From positions 8,680,001 through 8,744,000 of the forward strand of contig CP110439.1 in the NCBI GenBank assembly GCA_026914245.1: a stretch of DNA of 64,000 bases, read 5' to 3'. This DNA comes from Puccinia triticina. Lineage: Eukaryota. How positions within the stretch are numbered: position 1 is the first letter of the stretch; each line of letters begins with the position of its first letter. Below are positions 1 through 13,499 of this stretch, piece after piece. The notes under the pieces were generated by a model that saw nothing but the letters and a program-made list of their open reading frames with translations, was not told the origin of the DNA and searched no databases. A program made the position numbers and the translations under genes.

Positions 1-432
1 TGTGCAAGATAAAGGGTCTGAAAAATGAGGAAATTGCATGTGCAATCCACCAAAGTTTGCTATTATATGGTGAAATTTCCTCATTTTTGAGACCCTTACT
101 CTTGCAAAAAGTAGCTAAAAAGTTCCCAAATGGCTTTTCCTATATGTTCCATGAGTCAATAAATCATTTTGAATTTTTGGCCCATGGGAACTTTGATTTT
201 CAGGCCCCCAAAAGCTACATCTGTTCTTTGCTTTCAATATTTTTTTAGCATACAAGGAAATCTGGAAAAACTCCCAAAAAATTCACAGAGGCCAATAAAA
301 AGCCATTCTATTGATTGGTCAAGAAAAAAATTGAAAGACTTTGATATTTCTCCCCCAGTGCACGAAGTGTTTGGGGACTTCGTGGACTGTGCAGTGGGCA
401 AAGAGTTTTTTGCAGTGCACAAAGTAAGTCCG
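1..432. mobile_element. Right part of a long-TIR foldback/MITE element (same family as 18371-19075), cut by the window start
   Basis: Ends in ...AAGTAAGTCCG like the right end of 18371-19075 and shares internal blocks (aaactcccaaaaaattca, ctattgattggtcaa). Confidence 0.75.
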
Positions 433-937
433 TTAAAAAAACATTTTGAACACCCTAATTACTGTTCAAACCAGGGAGGGAAACTTGGAGAGCAAAGTAT
501 TGCATGCAAAACAATGATAAAAAATGAAAAAATTTCAAAACCTTTTTCAATGATTTTTTGGGTGGATGGGTTAAACACTAATTTCAAATTGAAATCAGGG
601 ACTGTAGCCCAAATCACCACTAATTTGACTCAATTTATTTGATCCAATAAAAATAAAGATGAACAATCAAGACTCAGGTACCTGTTGGCACCCGGGTACC
701 TGCTTGTTTTTTTGCCAAAACCAACACCTCACACCGCACCCGGCACCGCTTGGAGGGTACCGGCGGTACTTTTGGCAGGTACCCCTTGTGCCATTTTTTG
801 TATTTATCAATCTCACAATCGGCTTTACTTTTCAGACATGAGTAAGTACTTATTTATCTTCTTTATCAACAATTTAATCGACTGTATCAGCTAATTATAG
901 GATAATAACATCTAATAAAACAAGCAGGGCTCCTGGA

Positions 938-3900
938 TCAATCGTCATCCACAACGATAGTCTTTCTTTTTGAATTCTTTGAAGTCTTATTGGAATCAAG
1001 AATTTGTTCCTTCCACAAGGCCAGAACCCCTTCTTCAATCATATTATTCTTGAAGTAGAATGCCACAGTCATTCCTCTGCTTATCGAGTGGGCTCCAAGT
1101 CTATGCCGCTTCAAAGAAACGTAATCCTGATCGAAGCTAAATTCTATCTCAACGTCGACGGATGTTGCTACAGAATTGAGAGAAAAATCAGAACAGATGC
1201 AGTGAAAAAACATCATCTTTGACTCACCTGTACAGCTTAATATATCCAGTGCCATGTTGACGAGGCCACCATCCATGCTCCCCGAGCTCTTCTGGTGAAG
1301 CCACCACTTTATGGGGTTGACCGGTTTGTTTCCATCCAGGATAAGTCCTCCTGCTAGCCAGTCATCAAATGCGTCGGTCAAACAGTTTCCACTTCGGGCA
1401 GCAGCAGCATCACCCAGGCCGGCGAGCATACTGTTCCTGGGCTGTGGATAGATACGGAACATATTAAGATGAGATTTTGTCTTTCCTATAGATCTAAGCT
1501 TGTGGTTTACCTTTGAAGTCGAAGCCGGGGCAGTCAAGCAATGAGTCGGTTTTTTCAGCTTGTAAAAAGAATCCCACATTTCCCGCGCTAGACGTATGGC
1601 TTTGGCGATCCATTTGGGTTCCCATTTCGCCAACTTGAAGTACTCGTCCTTGAATGAAGGGTGCATCACTGAAATAGAATATTATAAGTTAGAAATTAAA
1701 GTACAAGGAAAAAGAAAAAGACGCTCGTACTTACAAATGGCAATTCTGTACAGAGGGGATGTGTCGGTTAAGCTGTAGTACTTGTTTGTAATTTTTAATC
1801 CATGTCGACAGGCATTTCTCAGTGCTGGAGGGTATTTTCGATCACTGATAATTGTCGATAGGTGTTTGGTAATTTGGTCTATGTAGATAACTATGTTAGA
1901 TAAGCGAGCAGATCCTGCATTGGAGACTTGAAGGGTTAAATCATGGAAAATCCCAAGGACGTTGACCAAATCGGATGCCAATTTAATATCCGATTGATCC
2001 ACGTGATGCTTGCGCTCAAGACCGTGTCGTTTATGGCGCTGCCACTCAAGACTTTAAATATGGTGTATCAGAAGATCGAGTCGGTCAGTCAATCTAATCT
2101 TACTCGAGTGGCAGGAGGAGGACCTCCACAGCAGCTTCGCACCAAACGATGCTTTTCATTTGATAGAATGTGGAGTTCCATCGGGTACGAACGTCTCTTT
2201 CCACATTATGTGGAGTGTGGCACTCTTTTTCTTGGCAAATATCGATGAACTCAGCTTTGGAATTCGGAGAGTACCTCAATTTCTTCGCAATTTGACGAAA
2301 CTGCAGCAGACATGTAGTATGTTAGATGAAACTCAATAATTTGAAATGAATGTAGATGTGTTATTATACCTTAGCCAATGTCAGTTTACAAGTATTGGTT
2401 GTATAATAATCTCCTTTGTCTTCTTCACTAGCTTGTCCAATGTCGGCCTCAGTGAGAGAATCGTTCTCGTCATCATCTTGTCCAGGAAGACTTTGAAGCT
2501 CGCTATGTTCATCGCTATCTCCATCTAATAATGAGGTGGAATGATCCCCTCCGGTGCGGGAAAAGCTAAAGTAGAAATCATTAAAGAAACAGGTCAACAA
2601 TCGGAACTGCAGCAGGAGGAATTCGATTTGAGATTACACTTGGATTTGTTCCTCAGCATCTCCATCTTCAAACTGTGACTCATCCGAGTCAAAATCAGCA
2701 GAATTAGCGCTTCCATTAGCAGATTTCTTTCGCTTTTGAGTACCAAATGGCCGGAGGATCGCCTGGACTATTAAATTCAGTATGTGCGCAAAACATCGGA
2801 TCCAGTGCGTCTCACCCCTAAACCTTGTCCATTTGAGCTTTTTGAGCTCCTTCACCATCACCTCGTTGTTTTTTGCGTTGTTGCTCACAAGACCACAGAT
2901 CTAAACATTAAATTGTTAGGTTAGCCTTCAAGATGTACCAAAGAAATGTATAATAACAATAAAGCCTGACTCACCCAATCCTGAATGCCAAATTTATCTG
3001 CCACCAAAGCAACGGTCTTGGCCAAGTACTCGCCGGTGTGTCTCTGAGAAAGCCGAAGAAAGTCAAGAGGCATGGCCTCTAGACTTATATCGTCAGTTCC
3101 AACCACTGCTAATCGGTAGTTCCGATTGTTGACCTGTTTCTTTAATGATTTCTACTTTAGCTTTTCCCGCACCGGAGGGGATCATTCCACCTCATTATTA
3201 GATGGAGATAGCGATGAACATAGTGAGCTTCAAAGTCTTCCTGGACAAGATGATGACGAGAATGATTCTCTCACTGAGGCCGACATTGGACAAGCTAGTG
3301 AAGAAGACAAAGGAGATTATTATACAACCAATACTTGTAAACTGACATTGGCTAAGGTATAATAACACGTCTCCATTCATTTCAAATTATTGAGTTTCAT
3401 CTAACATACTACATTTCTGCTGCTCCCAAGATGTCGAATCCGTTCGGTGACTGCCAAGTGTCAACTCCTAGATATAAAGAGCCTGTGTGTTCCTACAGAT
3501 AGGATAGACGGTAAAGATTAGAAACCTATAAAAAATTGAAAGAATACTAGAGAGACCAACTCCTAAGACACCACGGTATTTATTTTGTATTGCTGAATAA
3601 AGCATGTGAATACTCTTTGAAACATCCTGCGGTCTTGGTAAATTCCTGAGGACTGTGGGATGGAGTATTGCCTTGTGGCTCGCGTCGGTAAGCGCCGAGA
3701 AAGGCCTCGCAGCTTCAGCGCACCATATCACGCATAGTTGGGGAACCTAAATTAAAGTTTTCAGCCCCATTGGTTTCTGATATCAAACAAAGGCCCTTTG
3801 GCCATACCTCCTTAGCTTGCAGCTCCCCAGTTCCGGTAATTCCTAGACTACCCAGCAATCAAGTGGATTCTGTTTGCCGTTGTTTCCGGGTGCACAGTAA

Positions 3901-4387
3901 TGAGTGCTTTTTGAGATTGCTACAAGAGGAGTCTGAGGTCAGACAACTAATTCTGGTGCCGCGTCTAGAGCCAAGAAAGAATCAAAATCAAATAAGCTCG
4001 TTTAATTTAAACAAGAAGCTTACAGTTTGCACGGATAGGTGATCATGTGCCTGCCATGCTTGTCCAATTGGTTGGAAAGCTCAGGCACACCATACGAAGA
4101 GTAGCTTGTACTATTGGAGTTCGAAGCGACCTTCTGAGCTCAATCTATACGGGGATAATACTTAGTCAGAACTGGCTCTCAGAAAAGGAAATGAGGAAAA
4201 TTTAGTACTCACGCAACTCTTCCTTGTCGGTCAATTGACCACCTCCAGATTGTGGCTCAGCTGTGCTAGTTGGAGGATTGATCTTGCCTTCTTTGCTAGT
4301 TTGTTGACTCATGTCATCTTTGGGATTACCTTGGATTGAGGACGCTTGAGATGATTGGGTTTTGTGTCGTTTGCGGGTGGGAGCCAT
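938..4387 (-). pseudogene. hAT transposase, multi-exon, disrupted
   Basis: Fragments GVDTWQSPNGFDILG, HWIRCFAHILNLIVQAIL, PIKWW...MALDILS...ATSVDVE (hATC-like C-terminus). Broken by an inverted insertion at 3118-3423 and other lesions. Confidence 0.88.
2303..3423. repeat. Internal 306-bp inverted duplication (2303-2608 vs 3118-3423)
   Basis: ORFs 2364..2600(-) and 3126..3362(+) translate identically. About five nucleotide differences by eye. Confidence 0.95.
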
Positions 4388-5105
4388 GGTGGATGGATGT
4401 TCGGTTGAGGTTGGTCAACAAGGTGAGGCAAGGGTATATATATATATAACATCCGGTCTGGCTTTGATGATATGTCACATGTCACAGGCTACCCAGCTGC
4501 GGGGCGGTATCTCTGGGAGGTACCCGGGTACCGCACCTCTTTTTTCAAAAAAACTGACACCTCATACCGCACCCGGCACCGCCGGACGGGTGCGCGGCGG
4601 GTGCAAGGGGTACCTGCCAAGCGGTGTGGGGTACCCCCCAACAGGTACCGATTGTTCATCTTTAAATAAAAATCATTGGCAATGGTTTCACATTTGTTCA
4701 TTTTTTATCATTCTTGTTGTGTGCCCTACTGTGCTATCCAATTTTCCCTCATTGGTTTGACCAGTAATGAACAATTTGCAAGAAATTAGAAAATTTCCAC
4801 ATTTTTCATTTTTTTGTTTTTACTTTTTTTTATTTCATAATCATCCTTGGGAACTTATTTTCCACCCCTGTAACCAATCTCATGACTTAAAAGCTGTGTC
4901 CTGAGCATCTGCATTCAAAAATGTAGAGCCAAAAACATTTGTTAGCCCACTGTACTGTCCCCCCCAAAAACAAGGGAGCCCTTATTGGAGTATGTGTCCG
5001 GCGGTGTGGATGCTCTAAATTGAGCACATTCACACACCTTGTTCTTTTTTTTTCTTTCTCTTTCTTTTTTTGTGGGGCCAATGGAAAAGCCAGCACGAAC
5101 CAACG

Positions 5106-7545
5106 ATGACAACAACTAGCAACGAGCTCATCGAGCATATCCAGAATTCCATGGTCGGACTGCTCGCACCTATCGTCGAAGCCATACCCAGCGCACCAAG
5201 CTCGATCAACCACGACCAACTAGAGAAGAACTGTCAGCAATTCACAATCCAGCTGGTCAACCTATTCGGCCAATACCACCAAGCCAGCCAGCAGCAACAG
5301 TTTACAGAAGCCGACAGCCAAAACCACAAAAAGCGCAGGCGGACAAACTCCTTCGATGCTAAGCCCCATCCCGACCACCACCGAGCTCGATCCGAACCCA
5401 ACCCAGCTTCCTCTCATCCCACCAGCATCCATAGGTCACATTCCCTCAATCCGACAAGCAATCCAGCCAAACCCTCTCCAAACGAAAAGCCACCCATCCC
5501 CATCACATCCGATAGCACCTCTCATCAACCTTCAAATCAAGAGCCTACTCCTCAGCCCCGAGGCCATCTCGAAGGAGATGTGGAGGACCCTATCTCAGAA
5601 GAGCTACGGATGCTTATCCAAAGCGAGATAGAGGCTGGCATCGACAACCTAGCACTGCAAATTCACGACAGCCTTTCCGACGCCAAACGCGAATTGATTT
5701 TACTCAATCATGAATTTTGGAAAACTCAAACGGGAGAAGAAACATCCGATCCCTCAACCCAGCATCCCCCCACGTCCTCGCCGCTCATATCACCCCCAAC
5801 GAAAATCGAAGCAGCATCGATAGGAGAGAAACTGAAATTTCAGTTCGAGAATCACATGATTCACTGCTACAAACGCTATCTGGAACAGTTCGTCTTTGCT
5901 ATAGGCTTCACCGGCCTAGGATCCGAACCCTTGGACTTTGCTCAGGTTCATCAACAACCGCTCCAACAAACACCCTCTGAGGCGAACTTGGATAACAAGA
6001 CACCAGACCTGGATCCGAAGCCCGAACAGTCACTCAGTACGAGCCCGACCAAGGATGAGCTGGAAAAGAACAGTCTGGTTATCAAACAGCTGGTCGAAGA
6101 AAAATTCAGATCCAATAGTGAGGAGATCGGCCGGATGGTGGAAGAAAAAGTGAAATCAAACAGTCAACAGAACGAGCAAATGCTTCAAGAGCAACTCACC
6201 TCTAACCGCACGAAGATCGGTCTAGATTTTGAGGAAAAGATTACAGCCATCAACCAGACGATCGAACAATATCTTGGAGAAAAACTGAGGCCAATTGGTG
6301 AGCAGACTGAACGGATGGTCGAAGAAAAACTCATCTCGAATAGTCAGAAGAGCGAGCGAGAAATCGAAGAAAAACTTGAATCACTCCGAAAGGAGTCTGA
6401 ACGAACAATCGAGGAGAAGCTTTCATCGACTAGTCAGAAGATTGAAGATCACATCGAAGAAAGGCTAAGTCCGATCACTCAGGCTACCGAGCGAATGGTT
6501 CAAGAGAAGCTGCAATCGTATCAGGAAGCACTCGAGAAACAGGCGGTCGAATACCGCAAAGGGATCCGGAGCGACATCATTCAGTGCAGGGAAGAGAACT
6601 CGAAGGATTTGGACGATTTGATCGGACAGATACAAAGATTATTCGTGACAGAGAAGGATAAACTGTCGCTATTGCAGAAACAAACCGACGGATTCCAGGA
6701 CCGGATAGCACAACTCGAGAGTCTGCTTGAGAAGGAAACCGACCCTGTGCTCCGAAGAAAAGCCGTCCTCATCTCACTCGGCTTGCTCGAGTCCAATCAC
6801 GTCAACCAAAAGTCGAACCTTAGCATCTTCTTGACCAAACTTAACGATCATCTCCGGGTCAATTTGGGCCAGATCGACATCCAAGATCCCACCTGGAACC
6901 CTAGACTCGCACTCGGCACACCTAACGGCCATCACGAACCGGGAGAGAACCGAGCGGAACCGGGTGCCGATCCAAGCGAAGCCAGGAGAGGTGTGAACAC
7001 TCCAAGCACTCCCAGGATGCCTCAAGCCTCTGCAACAGCTGTAGAGAACCTCTTCTTTGAGAAACTGCTCATCCAACTTTTGCGGAGGATCAATGAGACC
7101 GTCCGACTCCAAGAGGGACAGCCCAATGGATTTAATCCAGAGGCCCCACCCGATCATGACAACCAGGGCCATCGCGTTGAAGACCAAAACTATCAACAGC
7201 CAGACCACCACCCAGACCAAGCCCATCAAAACCACAACCACCAAGGAGAACATCACCCAGATACCCATGGCTTTCCTCAAGACAATATACTGGCCCATCA
7301 ACCTCACTCGTCTGATCGTCCTCCCCTCCAGGAGATCCATCACATCTTGGATGAATTCTTTGAACTGAATTTCAAGAAATTTGTTTGGCCCAAGTTCAGC
7401 AATCTGATTTTCCACCTGGAGCAGTACTTGGCTAGGTCAGTTCTTGTTCTCTTTCTCTGGTTGATTTTCATGCGGGTAGACAAGTTGAATATTGATGTAT
7501 TTTTGATACTTTTTTCACAATATCCTATCTAGCCAACAAGTGTAG
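5106..7545 (+). CDS. Uncharacterised ~780-aa protein with a 15-residue-repeat coiled coil and low-complexity P/S/H/Q regions
   Basis: Long open frame (5070..7532) with likely ATG at 5106 and a probable 3' intron (GT ~7435 to AG 7532). Repeated E-x-x-EEKL motifs. Confidence 0.75.
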
Positions 7546-9018
7546 TGTCTTCTTATTCATTATTACTGCATCATTCCATTTTCTGTTTTTCTATGGCATC
7601 TTCTTCTTTTTTTCTTCTTTTTTAGATCAAGTTAACCTTGCTCCTACTGCAATGTGTATCTTTCTATCCCCCTTTTTTTCTACTTCTGTCTTCTTGACCG
7701 TTCATCTACCTTCTCTATCATTTATTAAGCTCTTTTTTTATCATTGGATTGGGATTTTTGAAGTAGTGTATCAGTCTTGGTAATGTCTTTTCACATCAGT
7801 TGTCCTTCACTAATGACAAAAGGTAAACTTAATTTTCTACCATTGCACTAGTGGTGAACTTCTTGTCTGTTTCAATAGGGACTCAAGCTTAACTAAGTCT
7901 TTCCAATGAGGCACAGAGCACCTCCAAAGGAGAGGCTTAGGCCCCGTTTGGCACCAATATAAATATAGGTGATATAATCAATTTTACAGCAGGCAGAATA
8001 CCTTCTGAAGTGCCTTTGGTGAGCAGCTTGGCCTTATCTCACCCCAGAGAATCTGTGTGCTACTCATGTGGCTCTAATTTGGTGGATTTCCTACTAAGAA
8101 AAACTACCAAAGCCTTGGCCACAGTGCCTCAAAGTGCCCCAAAATTTCACAGCGCTTTGTTAAATAACCTTGCTAAGAATGGTAATTAGCTTCTAGGCAA
8201 CACACTAGTAACAGAAGTTAACTTTGAGGGGGTGGTGGCTTTTGGTCATATTTTCTACTAAGGTACTAAATTGACTCCTGTTCTGGAGTGGGCAATCAGC
8301 GCACCCACTCCCCCATGAGAGGATGGAAAAAAATAATAAAGAATATTTGCAAACAACTAAATTTTCAACCCCCAAACAAGGTGTCTAAATTAGTATTCCA
8401 ACTCCAATAATTTGCCCTGGGTTAATTATTGGTCCTGGGTACCCGGGGCGGGAATCAATTTGTGGTCAATGAGGATGTCTGCTACTTTTGGGAGTTGGGA
8501 ATTGAATTTCTGGGATTCAAATTTTCAAGTCCCTAAAATAAATGTCAAAACAAAATTGCTGATTTTCTTCCGAAATCCCTGCCAGCCTCAGGCCAAGAAT
8601 CTGACTTTAGTCCTAAGCCTTTCCTTCAGAGACACTTTGCGCCTTCTCGGAGAGGCTTAGTCAAGCTCGACTTCCACCGAGCTTAACACAAGTCCCTTCT
8701 TCCTTCGGAGAGCGGCGGTGTACTCGTGCCGGATAACCTGTCAGATTGAGAATGTAGTGTAGCTGGAGATTGCCAAGACGCCCAGGCTGAGCTCCTCCTG
8801 CGGGCTTGATACATCACCAGCCCACCATTTTTCAGGATCAATCTATTTACATGATGGCAGATGCAAAGTCTGTGTGCGGCAAGTGCGCAGCGAAGCGCGG
8901 GGCGAGCCGCAGCAGGCTGTGCCGGAGCGATGTGACCTCAGGCCGCCCGCCAGCAGCGGCCAAGCCCAGTGCCCACCCACCCCGAACCAGCAAACCATCG
9001 GAGCAGAACCACTAGAAC

Positions 9019-12000
9019 ATGGCCAGCCACGAAGAACAACAGCTCATCGGCCTCCTCACGCAGTCGCTCAGCCCAGCAACCGAGCCGCTCGCCAGGAAAC
9101 AGCTCGACCAGAACCTCAAAGTGCACCTGCCCACCCAGCAGCCGCTCCGATTCACAAACTCACTCGCCACGGTCTCAGTCAACCCCCACCACCCACCAGA
9201 GGTACATATGAACGACCGCAGACAAGCCAGAACAAGCAAACTGACCACACATTCAACCCATCCAGCTCCGTCTCCATGCCCTCGTCCTCCTCCGAACCAT
9301 CCCACTCGATCCGTCCAACAACAAGATATGGTCAACCGCACTCAGCCCAGAACAACAGCGCCAGATCCTCAACCAGCTCTTCAGTGCACTCCTCGCCCCA
9401 GCAGAGCCACCGACCCCTCCAGAGATCATCAACCAGCTGGCCCGGGTCATCGCCCATCTCGCTAGAAACTCGCCCGAGATCACCCTGCAATCCTCTGGTA
9501 TGTAGCCGTTAAGCCACAAGCACCAGCCCAAGATAATAATAATAATAACAATCCATCTCCAGACGAATGGTCCACCCTCCTAAGACCAATCCTTCTGGCC
9601 AATCTTCTCCCCCAGCAGCAACAACCCCCATTGCCATCAAACCCGATCCTCCAAACCGCCCTTCTCGAAATCTTCGTCGCCCTCCCATGGCTCTTCTCCA
9701 GCTCACCAACCGAACTGGAAGCGATCGTCCTCGCAAGCCTCAGCTCCGATCATTTCCCTCTGAGACTAGCTGCCCTCCAAGCGATCTGCGTCCCCGACCT
9801 CGAACTCGACACCTCCTTCGCCCATCCAGTCCTACAAGCCGTTCTCCTACCTCTCCCATCACATCCCAACCAATCCGAGGCTGAAGCTGCTATGACCCAT
9901 CTGATCGAATTCGTCACCTTCAACGACATTCCCGATATCTCCATCTGGCTCGAACCATTACTACAGCTCACCCTCGATCAAAATCGGATCCTGTCCATCC
10001 GGACTACCGCCCTAGAGTGCCTCATCACACTCATCGAATGTCGCCCACAAGCCTCTAACCTAACCCCTAGCTTGACCTGGCTCACCCCCGTCTTTCGTGG
10101 CTTGGTCGGTTTGATGGCCGAAATCGACGAAGACGAAGAATGGTCTCTTACTCTTGATGATGATGAGGAAGACCAGGATGCGATCTATATCCAAGCAGAA
10201 CAGGCCCTCGACCGGCTCACCCAAGAGGTCACCAGAACTCATTGCGACCAACTCTTCGAACTCATCCTCTCTGCCGTCCAACCGCCTCTGCCGGCTTCAT
10301 GGAAGGCCAAACATGCCCTACTCTCAGTCCTTGCGGTCACAGGCGAAGGACTTGCTGAATCCTTCTCACTTGCTGCTGATCAGATCTATCATGTCCTCCA
10401 AGCCGGCTTTGATGATCCTCATCCACGAGTAGTCTATGCCGCAATCTATGCGATCGCCCAACTTTCATCACCACTCAAGGTCAGTCAGAAGTTTTGTTCG
10501 GCCCCGTGCTTTTTTTTTGGTAATGCTTTCTCACATCAAACCTTTTCTTTTCAAAAAAAAATAAATCGACGTAGATCACCTTCTCTACCAAGCCAGTCCA
10601 TCAACAAGTCTTGTCCTGGCTCCTTCGATGCCTCGAAAATAGTTCCCAGCCGCGTCTTCAAGCATTTGCTGCCAAGGCGCTGATCAACGTCCTCTGGGAC
10701 AACGGTTTTCGCAAGGTCGAGGTGGCAGACGAGATGATCGGACCGATCCTGACTCGGCTGATCTCCTTGTGCGATTCGAACTACAACGATCGTCGATCGC
10801 TCTCCAATAAAATCCGCCTGGACGCACTCAATGCAATCGGGAAGCTAGTCGGGTCTATCAGCCGACAGGGAGCCCTTGTCAGTTCTTCCTTAGCTAACGC
10901 ACATGACCCGAAACATTATCCGTGCTCACATCACAATATCATTCTCATAGGCATTCTTCGATACCACTATCTCGACTCTGCGTAAACTGATGGAGGGAGT
11001 CGATCTAGCTCGTGCGGCCTCAAGCAGTGACGGGGGTGGACTTGATGATGAGGAGGTTGACGAGACTGAGCTGAGAGTCTTTGAAGTGATCAGTCGACTC
11101 GGTGCGTGACCTGATCAGAAAATCAGTTTTCCCTTCTTAGTCTCGTGAACGGATTATTAACGATCTTCCTGCTCAGGTAGCCATGACTAGCGGCGAACAA
11201 AGGTTCGATGTTGAGGGAGATTGGTGGGCTCATCGGATGGTGAACAGCCTAGGTGAGCAACCTCATTCCTCATCTATCAATTTTCTTTTTTCTTTTTCTT
11301 AAAAAAGGCCCGCTGCGTGTATTTTTTTGCCTTGAAATAAATGCCTTGAATATCTTACCAATAAGGAATTTTGTTTCATGCACAATTTCAGAATTAAAAC
11401 GGCAAGCGCAAACCCGAATTTTAGGCTCGCTGGCTGGACTCTCGGGTGGAATGAATGCTCAACGGTTTGTTGATCAGGGATGCTTGACGATCATCATAGA
11501 CCGCGTGATCAAGATTTGTCACTCCAAACCGGACATCTCGATCTCCGCTCTGCTAGATAATTGTCACGAATTTGATGATCGACAATGGGAATCGTGAGCA
11601 TTCTTTCTTTCCCTTTCGCAGGGTTCCTTGTCCGACAAATCGATCTGAATCTCTCACCATGAATCCAGGGTAGTCATCGGAGAACAAACCTTCGGGATCA
11701 AATCGGCGGAATTGGCCGACAAGGAACTATCACTCAGGACCCTGATCCTTCTGGCTAACAACATCGGCGCTTGGCTGATTCCACATTGCGATCAAATCGT
11801 CGGTGCTGTCGTTCCCTTATTGAAGTTCTAGTTGCGTCTGCTTTTCTCTCTCTGTGTTTCTCGGTGGATTTTATATTGATGATCCCCAAACATGCCTACA
11901 GTTTCAGCGATGAAGTGCGAGAATCTGCAATGACTTTATTGCCCCTATTGGTTCAAAGTATGTCTCAAGTTGAGCAAGTGAAGTGATGAAGACCTTTTGC

Positions 12001-13499
12001 GATGAAGATCTGATCCTTGTTTCGCCATTTTTCGCAGGTGCCAAAGCATCTGGCATGTCGGCCCAGCAAGTAGAAGGAGCCTCCACGAGTTTTTGCAACT
12101 CGATCACGCTTGCATTTGACGCTGAGCCATTAGATGTAGGTAATCTGGCCGACTGTTTATTGATGGCTTGGGCGGAGTGCGTGGGATACCAAGCGCCATC
12201 GCACGAGGAAGTGAAACACATGACCGAAGCGTGCTGTGAACGGATCCGGCGGGTAATAGCACATGGGACGGGTGATGACGATGGGGAGAATGAGAAGTGC
12301 GAGGAAGGGCTCCGGCGACTGTTTACGGGGATCTCACGCGTGCTGAGGATCTCGGTTGGAATCCATCCCGAGTGGATGTGGTCCCATATCAACCAGCGGA
12401 TCGTCGACTGGACTCGGATCGTCGACCCGCAACCGTCGGCTATCTCGATCGGTTTGAAAAGACTCGGCTTCCGTCTCGTCGGCGCTTTCGTCAAATTCTA
12501 TTCCTCCGCCGCCGCCGGGCCTGAATTAATCGAAAAAGTCGGCAAGAATATCTTGCTAGGTTTTACCGATCACGGTTGGTACTCTTTTCTCAAGATCAGA
12601 CATCGCACTTTGATCTCTGACGTCTCTTTTGGGTAGACGAGTGCGTGAGAGGTCTCGCTCCTTTTATCGTCGGTCTGTGTGCCGAGAAGAACGGGGAAAG
12701 TCCGAAGCCTGTGTACATGGAGCTAATCAAATGTGAGGCTCCGCTTACTTGGCTTGCCAATTTCCTCCTTCCGATCATGACCCTGACTGATTAATATTTG
12801 TGCGTGATTTACTTCGGATCGCTGGTCGCTAGCTTCGATGGATCTTTTGGTCACTGGCTTGCAAGCCAACTCTCGCTCAATTGGCACAACCGGGACATTC
12901 GGTGAAGCGGCTCAAGTCGCTCGTGAGAACTGCGTTTCGGCATGTGCGTATTTGATGCGTAGAAGGGATCTTGTTTTTTCGTCTTCCCTTTGCTTAAGCT
13001 AACCTTTTTTTGTTCTTTGTTATTGCAGTGGCAAAGATCATCAGGAACCCTGAAGGTCTTGTGATCGATGTTGATAAGATCTTACCTCAGTGGATTGATG
13101 CTTTGCCGATCGAGATTGATGTAGAGGAGGTTGAACCAAGTTATGGATTGTTACTAGAACTGATTGCACGGTGAGTAAATCTTCCAGTTCGCTATGTACG
13201 AGTGAGGGGGATACTCAAAGATGGGAAGGGTATGTGAGTGCAGAGGACACGAATCAGTAGACCCAACGAAGAACGAGATCGGCCGGATCGAGCAAGTCAT
13301 CCAATCCCTCCTCTCAGCCATCCTCAACGACTCAATTACCTTCGAGTCTCGTAACTCTTTGTCTGTCGCACTCAATGCGTATTTGTCTCAGCTGCCCCCA
13401 CAGATTGTCGAGCTTAAGAACAACGGACATCTCCCCCCTGACTCCGTTTGGACCCGGTTAGATGGCTTCTTGGCTCTTAACGCTCCCAATTCTACTTAA
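9019..13499 (+). CDS. Importin-beta family karyopherin (importin-5/Kap121/Pse1-like HEAT-repeat protein), many introns
   Basis: Exon peptides AEQALDRL, WKAKHALLSVLAVTGEG, DDPHPRVVYAAIYAIAQLS, PRLQAFAAKALIN, FGIKSAELADKE, LLKF/FSDEVRESA, ARENCVSA, WIDALPIEIDVEE match importin-beta3 family motifs. GT-AG introns separate them. Confidence 0.85.

Larger units (their letters stand above)
654..4664 (-). mobile_element. hAT-superfamily DNA transposon, full length, defective
   Basis: 15-bp TIRs TAAAGATGAACAATC (654-668) / GATTGTTCATCTTTA (4650-4664), 8-bp TSD AATAAAAA on both sides, GGTACC/CCGCAC-rich subterminal repeats, internal transposase remnants. Confidence 0.93.

Noticed and set aside
6774..7415. 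213-aa antisense ORF with a hydrophobic stretch
   Set aside because: Shadow of the H/Q/P-rich coding strand of the 5106-7545 gene.
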